Source: Balanoglossus misakiensis (taxonomy: Eukaryota > Animalia > Hemichordata). Taken from it: a DNA stretch of 64,000 nt. The stretch spans positions 4,209,025 through 4,273,024 of the forward strand of contig CM082596.2 in NCBI GenBank assembly GCA_040954595.2. The letters run 5' to 3'. The notes below the pieces were generated by a model that made no database searches, was not told where the DNA came from, and saw only the letters and a list, made by a program, of their open reading frames with translations. Shown piece after piece: positions 53,001 through 62,067 of this stretch (position 1 is its first letter; each line of letters starts with the position of its first letter). The translations under genes were made by a program, and so were the position numbers.

Positions 53001-56000
53001 GTAAAAGTTATCATCCTTGGTCCTTGGACGCACGTGAATATCTGCTGATTCGTGGGCATACATTGTGTTCGTTTCTTGCAGTGCTCAAGCGGCAGATCAA
53101 TCTGTAGTATTTGGTTCTGTAGCAGGTAACTAGCTGGAGATTCCGTGCCTTGCTGCGTCACCGTCTGAATTATTTCCAAGAATATGCCGCAGCTTTTGGC
53201 TGAATATGAAATTTTGTGAGATATTGATCTCCCAGAGATAAATCCCCAATGCTAATGATTGCCGGGGTTTGACCCGTGATGGAAGTCTTGATGCCGGAGA
53301 TTTTTCCGCAAATCTCTATCGGCAAGCCGGATGCAGACTTTGAGCAATTAAAGTTGTTTTGTTTCTGTGCTCCAAGCTGAATGTCAAACAGGTATTGTTT
53401 TCTGGCTTGGCAAATAAGCAGTACGGATTAAAACGCAGTTATGTTAATGTCCAGAAAGAGGCCAAGTGTCGGAAACCATGGCAACAAGCAGGAAGAGATT
53501 TTTGTCATGTGACTTAAAGGTCGATGGATTGTTTGTACCCCCTATTTAAAAAGATCAAGGCAGGGTTTTAAGCGTGACCACTGGGGATTTGTCTCAGCCA
53601 GAGTAACAGACGAGAGAGCTAGCCAAGTCTGTGATGATCATGAAGCTAAACGTCAATCCAGCGTCGGTAATACGGTGTACTGGAGCTCGCGGATCACTGT
53701 CACAATTGACATGCAGGTGGGGGCGCGGAATCTCCGACAGAAAAACACAGATACGTCTGTCTATGGGAAGGGAAGCGAAAGAGATGCACGCGCTGTGTAG
53801 CTGGCCCGTTGGTGAAACAGGTTCTCTCACCCAGTGACTCCACGTACGCAGTCTATTCCCACTGTCTCCTAAACTGGACACTTTCCCAGAATTACCCAAG
53901 AAGCGAAAGACACAGCAGCTGAAGATCCAAGCCCTCTCTCTCTCCTTATCACCTAAAGGACTTCTCAACGAGAAGAGCCAGGCCAGATGTCCAACCAGAC
54001 TCACACAGACAGCAGATTCCTGCAGAGTTCAGTGTAGGCTCATCACACCCTTACATATGTACCACATTCCTCAATCACGGCATTTTAATAATGATAATGG
54101 CAGCAAATCAGGTACCCCAGATTATGCTATTTCGCACCAAATGGAGGCTGACTACACCAAATTGCATTATGCAGCGTGCTAAAACAGATTATAATTGCAT
54201 GAAGTCTTAAGAAATTAAAATTACCTCGGAAGCAGACACATAATCGATTACATCATCTTACTCAAGCATGTAGGAAATTTTAAGTTGTCAATAATTAAAG
54301 TAAATTGCAGTTGACCCAGACGGCATTAAAATAATCTGGAATCTTTATGATTCGGGTCATCTTGTATTTTCTTATTATATGAAAATTATGCGCTCATAAT
54401 TTCACATCTGATGGAATCTTTTGTATTCTGCCAATCAGTGGAAACTTCAAATAAATACTTCAAGAATTGACGACTTATCTCTGGGCATTTTATGAGAAAG
54501 CTATCCAATTATAAACCGTTATGTCCATGATTGCATTGGTTCATTAAATCGGTTATTAAATTTACATCATGTGCTGTATGGGCGGTTGATTGTACCCCTA
54601 TCACAAGCAGCTGAAATGCACTCTTCAATTTGGGTCACTGAACTGTGTAAGTATGGTAGTTTTGTTGAATTAGTCTGATGTGAAGTAATGTCTGAGGAAT
54701 TACTGACGCAATTTGCTGTGTGCCAGAAGGGAATTAATCTTCCTTACAATGTTCAGCACGCAATCTGCTTTTACAGAGACAGATTTCACACAAAGGTTGT
54801 TGTTTCTGATGCTCAATCATGTTAACATCTTGCTCCTCTTTCTGATGTTGACTTTCTCATTTGATGGGTGGCGTTTCCATAGTGATCCCTCAATTAGACC
54901 TTCCAGTGATAGTGGAAAATTGAAAACTAAACTGTAGGAAATAAATCACCAGAGAATAATATCACATCTGAAAAATACTCTTCTATGGAAAGGGCAGTTT
55001 GTTCAGTAGTTACAAAGTACATGCATCATTATCTGCTGCGGTTTAATGTTATTCGTATAACAGCGACATTCTTTTACTGTTTATGTGTTAAAAACAGTTT
55101 CAATTTAAGCTCTCTACACACAGTCAGATTTAATGTTTGCATATAAAGAGTGGCAAATGAGAAATGTCTATATTTATATCCAAAAAGCAATGGCATTCGT
55201 GATTAATTGCAGATGAAAAGTCAATAAATGCGCAAATGTAAACTGCAGGCGAGTGACCATGCATACAGTGGGGCCAAATGATCCTGAACGGAGTTACTGT
55301 TGAAGGCTTTGACTTAAATGTGCCGTGCCCTTTTTATTCTGAGGGTACATTTTTTTATTGTCAGTTAGACAGAACTAACTCAATTACTTCCACCTTTTCC
55401 CCCACTAAACCACAGCAGTAAAACCATGAATGTCAGGCTTGAATTGGGTTGGTATAACATTAAGCGTTCTTTAATGAAATCCCTTCTCATCACTAGCTCT
55501 TTCTACTCAGAAAATTGCTGTACATTTTACTGTTCCACGTCAGAAAAGAAATCATCGCTGTTAGAGGGCAGAGTAGCAATTCTATGTTGGTCTTAACTAG
55601 AGCTCTGTTCTACCTCTGTAGTGAGAGAGGGCAGTCTTCACTGTTTCTCTGAAGACTTTGTTACTTCGATCGTTCAAAGTTCTCAGTGACATTGGCTGTG
55701 TACAGTGTCACTAGAACACACCTCTCACAATTTACAACACAGGCATGTTCCAGTGGTCTCATTAGCCGTCACTGCAATTGTTTTCCACGCAAGACAACAA
55801 TGTAATTGTCAGTAACATCTGTTGGCTGAGATCTCTTCAATACTGCTAATAATCTCACATTTTAATCTGAATTGACAGAAATGCATTCAAAAACAATCTG
55901 CTCCACACGTGCATGCATTATCTAACTGTCACACGATATTTTAAATTTATGTCAAAACAGTTTGTGTCCCTTGCGCATGACCACATTTTTCTGTCCTGTT

Positions 56001-59000
56001 CGCATTGTCCTAAATGTTTGTATTTTAAGAGGACATGTATGCGTTCAGTATATTTATCTAAAGTTACTGGTACAGCTACCTTACTGTGCAAACAAAATAA
56101 ATGTGCAAAAATAAATTGTGTCAGGAAAATTTGGACTGGATTTACTCTTTGACATTTGTCAGAGTTGAACATGTCTGGTGAAGAAAATCACCAATACAAA
56201 TACTCATACATCATCCTGTGATGATTTATAGTATTAACAATATCATTATTAACAGTAACATTGATCGCCTCAAGTGATCATTAGGTATTATTCTTTAAAG
56301 AATACATTTGAAATATCATTATACTAAAGACAGTGATGGAAAGTCAACACAAATCAATTACTTTCTAACTGTTATGAACACGATAGTTTTGTCCTTGATG
56401 ACATAACAATAATAACATGGCAAGGTTTTCATGCTGTTAAACTCTGCCAAGATGTGTGTGTACATGTAATGTAGGTTTTGAGGTAACTACGCATTTGTTG
56501 TATGACAAGTGTTGGGCATATAGTCACACTGTCTGGTGTAAATATACACACACCAATACAGCTTGGGACAGTGCTGTGTTTGTTATGCATAGCTGGTATT
56601 ACATCCGGCCCATCTAACAAGTGAAATCAGACGTGATGTGTACCTCTGGGTTTTAAGGGCAGTCTTTGCATAAATAGCTGGTATTTCATCTGATCCATCT
56701 ACCAAGTGAAATCAGACATGATGGCTATGATCAGAATGTGTCCTACCTTTCCGGGAAGCTTGACCTCCACTTGCAGCGGTGTTTCCGATGGTGCTGTCCA
56801 CTTGTTTGCTTTCACCATGCTTTCTGTACAGAAAATCTGCAGTGCTGGGGTTGTTTTTACGACAAGTTATTTCTGTTGCATTGGATGAAAAGACCCTGTG
56901 CTTATTATTCACTTTTTTCTCTAGTCATCATCATCGTCCCCAGTGAAATTTTCATGATACCAGTCAGATTGACATGCACTATACAACAAACAACCTCCTC
57001 ATCTTAGAAAGTCCAGTTGAGGTCAAACAAGGCACTCTTATGACTTACTGTATATTAATTCTGTTGTAAAAGACCCTTCATTAAGAGCTCTCCCTTCCCT
57101 TCTCTTTCATTTCTATTTTCAGTTTTGCTATTTTGGTTGCCAGCTGTACTTTATCGATAGCATTTTAATATGGTGAATGATATCTACTTTCCTTGAATAC
57201 TGTGGTTATTTTCAAGTGACTATGAAGGAGCCTGTTCTGCATTTTGCGTATTTGAGGAGATTTGTTTGTGTTTATTTATTTATTTGTCTACTATACATGA
57301 TCATATTGCGAAACAACAGCTTACGTTTGTTTTCTCACATGGCCTTGATAGTTGATTGATTGAACATTGTGACGATTGTATAATTGCAAATTGAGTAATT
57401 AAAAATTCGATGAAATTAGAAGAGACACTTGTTGGAAGAATTTGTGATAAATGGTGACAATACTTAATAACAGTGGAAAATATTGCATAACAAGAACAAT
57501 TAGTAAAATTTTACATCCATTTGACTGGTTTCCCAAACTCTTCCCTTTTGATTCAGCATGGGTTTGAAATAATTGTGATCATACCCATAGAACTCCAAAA
57601 AATCCGAGGTCAAACATCTTATTAATTTCACAGCACACTACCAACAACCACACTGAACAAAGTCAGATAAATTGACCTGTTGCCATCCATATTTAAAAAG
57701 AAAACTATACGCATTTTGATATCTGAATTTATTTAGATGACTGTGACAAAACCAGTTGTTCTACTATTAATATAGATTACTTCTGACCATGACAGATGGT
57801 GACTGCATTGTTGAACATAGAAAGCCTAAGGGATGCTACGATTAACAAATTTGATATTTTTGAGCAATTTTTGCACACAAAAAAGCGACATGCCAACTTA
57901 CCTAATGCAGTTGTGTTTAATTGCACTGTGAGGTATGGTTCAAATTGCGTTTTCTTTGTAACTTTGTAAATGTCTGCATTGTTCCATTCTAAATATAGAT
58001 TCGTTATACATCATGTATGTGCGTGCTTTGTTAAATGTGGATATAACTGTTGTACGCCACGCCCCTTGGCCATATTTGCATAATTGATGTCGCTGTATAC
58101 GGTTTCTACCGAATACAGCATGTTGAACAGAGAAAGTTATTTACATGTACATGTACTTTGGTTCTGTATCTATAACAACTGGTTAAGTAACTAACTCTAT
58201 CATGTTACCTTTGGTAATGGCTGATTAATAACAATTTGCATTTACCAGTGTTTACTGATGATACAAGTATGTCACATTTTCCCTCTTTGCTTGGAGACTT
58301 TCTGGCCGGAAAATATTTTACATAGTTCTAATAGTCAAAAATAGATGTTAATGCAATTAAAAATTAATTTTGACTGAGTGCGTAAATAAAAATTTCATGT
58401 TTTTTTGTTCCATGCAGGAATAAAGCCACCCGATTTCATTTGAAGAATGTGTACAGCAGTTTGGCAATTTGTATGTTGGTAGCTGCAGTGGGAAGCTATG
58501 TCCATGTGGTCACAGGTATCATTCAGGTGAGAGTCATTCTGATGAGGTTTAGTGATGTCACTGAAACTCCGAGGCCCGGTTGCATCTATTTTCAAAAGAC
58601 CCATGGTGTCTACTGATAGACATACTGTAGTCATATGTGCATGTCAGTATAATGTTTATATTTATCTCATCTCAGTATTAATACCCTATAAAAAAACATT
58701 ATCTGTAACTTCTGACTATTTTTGCAGTATTTTTTATATCATCTGCACTTTCTTGGACTCCTCCAAAGTATCTTTTTATGCCCAATTTTCTGCTTGTCAA
58801 CAAGACGGGTATATGAGCTGACCATTGTTATTGTTGACAAACAAATTCAAGTCCAAACTAGAATCTTTGTAATGAGTAACAGAAACATCTCAAATGTGTA
58901 TTTTGCATCAACCAGGGTGGCATCATGGCAACCATAGCATCGATCGGTCTGCTCATTCTGCTGGGAGTGACACCTCACACAAGAGAAAATCAAGTCAAGC

Positions 59001-60852
59001 GCCTCTTTTACCTGGCTGGATTTGCCTTCTTCACCGGTAAGAGATATTTTCTGAAAAAACAGCCAGAAATAAACTGGTGACTGAGATAGTTACTACCTTT
59101 CTGACTATTAGCTGCTGAAATTGTGTGAGACTCATATCGGTCTGTCATATAGGTTTTCAATTGACCGATACATCTTTCATGGTGAGGGGTTAGCCATCTC
59201 AAAAGGCTTTTACCCTGAGGCCAACAGCTGAAGGAAACAGACTGTAGTTTCAGAAAACTCAGAGGTTATAGAAGGAGCAGACGTTCTTGATGAAATGTTG
59301 ACAGCCTGTATGTGTTTCAATTTCTTAGCACAGTTAAAATCAAAATCATGTTTGCAAGCAGATGTTGTTTCCTCTTGGCTTCAAAATCAACAGTCTCAGA
59401 CCAGAAATTTATATACAGTCACATCAAGTACCCTATTCCTTATTGTCTGATTTACGAAAACCACTATATATATCTTTTTTCTCGCTAGGTGTGAGTTTGG
59501 GACCGCTACTTGACAGAGTGATTGAAATTGATCCAAGGTGTGTATTATATAAATTATAAACCACAAAGTCTATTTAACCATCAGATTTTCATTCATAGAT
59601 CCACTCACCAGCACAAGAGTCTCATTGTTAGAACCGAAGTGACTATTTGAAGAACTGCACACATAGGCCATGTTTGAGATGGCTCACTCGTGTTTGATCC
59701 ACCACATGAGAGTGGTGGTCATTTATTTTTTTTTGAGAAAAAAAATGCGAGTTTCATGCTTGACTTTGTCCTTTTCCACAGCATCATATCAACAGCATTC
59801 ATGGCAACAACCCTGATCTTTGTGTGCTTCAGTCTGAGCGCACTGTGGGCCGAGCAGCGGGCCTTCCTCTATTTGGGTGGTAAGTATGAAGAAATTTAAA
59901 GAAGTGATTTTGTATGCTTTGTCCAATAATATTACACCCTCAGATTCATACTAATGACTTATTTTCTGCCTGGGTACAGGTACACTGTTTTCTGGTCTGT
60001 CACTGCTTCTGATGTTATCATTCTTCAACATCTTCCTTGGTTCTATGATGCTGTTCAAGGTAAGTACAAAGTCACCCTTGCCTTGTTTTATTTTGTTTAA
60101 AATTTATCTACTAATATGAAACATTTCTGACGAGGCTGTTGTACAAAGTCTGGCTTTAAACTCACACATTATGCCATTATCATACAGTTCCTAAGAATGC
60201 ACAATTAGCTTATCCAACACTCTTTCATGTATTTTCTTATGAAGATTCATCTGTACGTCGGACTGCTCATCATGTGTGGCTTTGTCCTGTACGACACTCA
60301 GTTGATCGTGGAGAAGTTCAGACGAGGTGACAATGACTACATCTGGTAAGAGTAGAAGTTCTCCAAAAATCATCAAAGATATTCTGGTGTTGAGATTTTT
60401 TTCATCTGAATCGTCCTTCAGATATTCCCAGTGAATTCCCATTGATGACTTCCTGCAACGGGAAGACCACTAAAAATTCAATAATGATTTTGTCATGTCC
60501 TGTAATTTACTATAAACTTGATGTGAAGTGATAGAGTACTCATATATGCATCTTGTTTATATTTATACAGGCACTGTGTGGATCTCTTCATTGATTTTGT
60601 CAACATTTTCCGCAAGCTCTTGATCATTCTTGCCATGGACAAACAGGTTAGTACTTGTTCATTGTTGGATGTGAAACGCTCATACACACTTAAAAATGAC
60701 AAATTTTTGACTTTGTGAATTTTGGTCACCTTTGGCATTTTCACATCATACTCATGCATTATAGCTCATACAAACTCAAAAAATGACAAATTGTAACTTT
60801 TTTCCTGTATATTAATTTTCTTTCTTTCTAGGAGAAGAAAAACAAGAAATAA
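41032..60852 (+). CDS. TMBIM6: Bax inhibitor-1 / TMBIM6, spliced CDS join(41032..41093,58418..58526,58916..59036,59489..59537,59782..59879,59980..60059,60245..60345,60571..60646,60832..60852), 238 aa
   Basis: Manual splicing at GT-AG sites gives 717 nt with no frameshift: [50 protein letters not shown]...[28 protein letters not shown]...[19 protein letters not shown]...[63 protein letters not shown]. It has BI-1 hallmarks: HLKxVY, GFVLxDTQLIxEK, DYIWHCxDLFxDF with both aspartates of the TMBIM di-aspartyl sensor, and a lysine-rich tail. Confidence 0.97.
41563..41604 (+). repeat. Dispersed repeat fragment, copy B (similar to 12039-12086)
   Basis: AGCCGCAGCcaGTAACAACACACAGCCCTgCCACaCAGAGCT. Confidence 0.7.
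45999..46034 (-). CDS. Candidate alternative first coding exon nested in TMBIM6 intron ([12 protein letters not shown])
   Basis: ATAATGG Kozak, GAA|GTAAGG phase-0 donor, TCAGT at 46063-46067. Confidence 0.35.
50886..50954 (-). CDS. Candidate alternative first coding exon nested in TMBIM6 intron ([23 protein letters not shown])
   Basis: AGCATGG Kozak and first ATG after the TCAGT at 51079-51083. Consensus TGG|GTGAGT phase-0 donor, X-box at 51281-51294, local CpG retention. Confidence 0.55.
51281..51294. promoter_or_regulatory. RFX X-box-like motif GTTGCTTAGGTAAC
   Basis: Near-palindromic X-box about 200 bp upstream of the putative minus-strand start near 51081. Confidence 0.45.
52995..53063 (-). 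CDS. Candidate alternative first coding exon nested in TMBIM6 intron ([23 protein letters not shown])
   Basis: ACAATG start, strong AGG|GTAAGA phase-0 donor, CpG-retaining upstream region 53100-53850 with an X-box-like site at 53472-53485. Confidence 0.55.
56589..56723. repeat. Degenerate direct duplication of ~50 bp with 85-bp offset
   Basis: ATAGCTGGTATT.CATC.G..CCATCTA.CAAGTGAAATCAGAC.TGATG at 56589 and 56674. Confidence 0.85.
58418..58526 (+). CDS. TMBIM6: TMBIM6 coding exon 2
   Basis: TGCAG| acceptor, [39 protein letters not shown]|GTGAGA donor. Confidence 0.95.
58916..59036 (+). CDS. TMBIM6: TMBIM6 coding exon 3
   Basis: CCAG| acceptor, [41 protein letters not shown]|GTAAGA donor. 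Confidence 0.95.
59489..59537 (+). CDS. TMBIM6: TMBIM6 coding exon 4
   Basis: CTAG| acceptor, [18 protein letters not shown]|GTGTGT donor. Confidence 0.93.
59782..59879 (+). CDS. TMBIM6: TMBIM6 coding exon 5
   Basis: CACAG| acceptor, [34 protein letters not shown]|GTAAGT donor. Confidence 0.95.
59980..60059 (+). CDS. TMBIM6: TMBIM6 coding exon 6
   Basis: TACAG| acceptor, [30 protein letters not shown]|GTAAGT donor. Confidence 0.95.
60245..60345 (+). CDS. TMBIM6: TMBIM6 coding exon 7
   Basis: AAG| acceptor, [36 protein letters not shown]|GTAAGA donor. Confidence 0.95.
60571..60646 (+). CDS. TMBIM6: TMBIM6 coding exon 8
   Basis: TACAG| acceptor, [28 protein letters not shown]|GTTAGT donor. 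Confidence 0.95.
60832..60852 (+). CDS. TMBIM6: TMBIM6 terminal coding exon (EKKNKK-stop)
   Basis: Long polypyrimidine tract plus TAG| acceptor, BI-1-type lysine tail, TAA stop. Confidence 0.92.
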   Translation, partial: EKKNKK

Positions 60853-61522
60853 GAAGATACCAGCAGAAGCAATTCAATTGTTGCAACAATCATCAGTTTG
60901 TCAAGATTCTATGTAGGAGTAGCCTAAAATACGGTAGCATCAATTTAACCATGAAATCATTTGATGTAAATTTAAGGAGTTTTTTCATTATTTGCGATGT
61001 TTTAAATGATCCTCATGTACATATAGTTATGTGAACAGTAATATGATTTATTTGTTAGACCAGTCTATTATGGTTGAATTTTCAAATTGTTGCTTTGAAA
61101 AACAAAATTGTTTGAGTTGCTCAGAAAAAAAACTGCTTTTGGAAGAAATTGTTTGAAATGTACTTTTGGAAGATGTCAACAGAAAACACAAAGTGCACTT
61201 GAAGGTATTGTAGCTATCAAACTCTGACTCACATCTTTGACGTGTGTATTGAGTAAGACATAGACATTGTCTCTGACTTTGGCTGTGGAAAGTGACTATC
61301 TGAAAGTAATATCAGAAAAGAGATTTCTATCCCCGTCTGTAATGCCCACTTTCAATATTGTCACAGGAAAACATGTTGCTGTATCACTTAATTGAGTTTT
61401 GACGATATTGCCATATTTTTGTCATGTGTTTCAATTTCTATTCTGCTTACTATGACATGGCCAAATGCCCAATAACCCCATGGATACATGTAATATCTGT
61501 TGTTGGTGTTATGGATCTTTGA

Positions 61523-61528
61523 ATTAAA
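61523..61528 (+). terminator. Candidate polyadenylation signal (ATTAAA) of TMBIM6
   Basis: First canonical-type hexamer I found after the stop (~670 nt downstream), followed by GT/T-rich sequence. Confidence 0.4.
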
Positions 61529-61785
61529 GTATGGTTAATTTGGAAAATATCTGACAAGATTGTGTTACATTTTATTTGCAAGGTCATCTCACATGCATGT
61601 ACAATTTACCTAACATTACACACAAAAACGTCAGAGATGGAGTGAATCTGATCCAAAATTGTCCCATACAGAACAGCTCTGCTACCGTCTCGGGGAATCA
61701 ATCAACAAATAGGCTATGTAACAAAGGGGTAACTGCAATGTGATATGTGTCCCTTTTTCTCCATAAAACATTCAAGATTTCATTA

Positions 61786-61840
61786 GGCTCGGACTCATTA
61801 TAGTTAGTTTTAACAGTACTGACTATAATGAGACCGAGCC
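61786..61840. repeat. Inverted repeat / hairpin with 22-bp arms and 11-nt loop
   Basis: GGCTCGGACTCATTATAGTTAG ... CTGACTATAATGAGACCGAGCC; 20 of 22 positions are Watson-Crick complementary. Confidence 0.9.
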
Positions 61841-61906
61841 AATTTTATATTTTTTTAAATTTCACGAGTTTGATCATCATATAATACTTTTGGAGTCTTA
61901 CATCTT

Positions 61907-61986
61907 GTCAATCACCCTGGGTCAGTGGCTAAGGGTTTTGACTAATGATTGGAGGACTGGGGTTCAAATCCTACCGATGACTTTTT
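61907..61986 (+). pseudogene. Degenerate tRNA-like unit (tRNA pseudogene or tRNA-derived SINE head; CT-AAT-GA anticodon-like loop)
   Basis: A-box-like TGGGTCAGTGG (61918-61928), B-box GGTTCAAATCC (61961-61971), imperfect acceptor pairing GTCAATC/GATGAC, T-run terminator at 61982. The stems are broken, so this is not a functional tRNA. Confidence 0.6.
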
Positions 61987-62067
61987 CTTTTTTCTCGCTT
62001 TAACATTGGGTGAAATGTATATGTGCAAGTTCTAAGTTGGCAATTCTCGACAAACTTTGGTGATTTT

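Noticed and set aside
61450-61490. SECIS-like ATGA...AA...GA in the TMBIM6 3' UTR
   Set aside because: The helix is far too short, and the CDS has no in-frame TGA (the stop is TAA).
61907-61981. Functional tRNA-Ile(AAT)
   Set aside because: Acceptor, anticodon and T stems contain several mismatches; kept only as a tRNA-like remnant.
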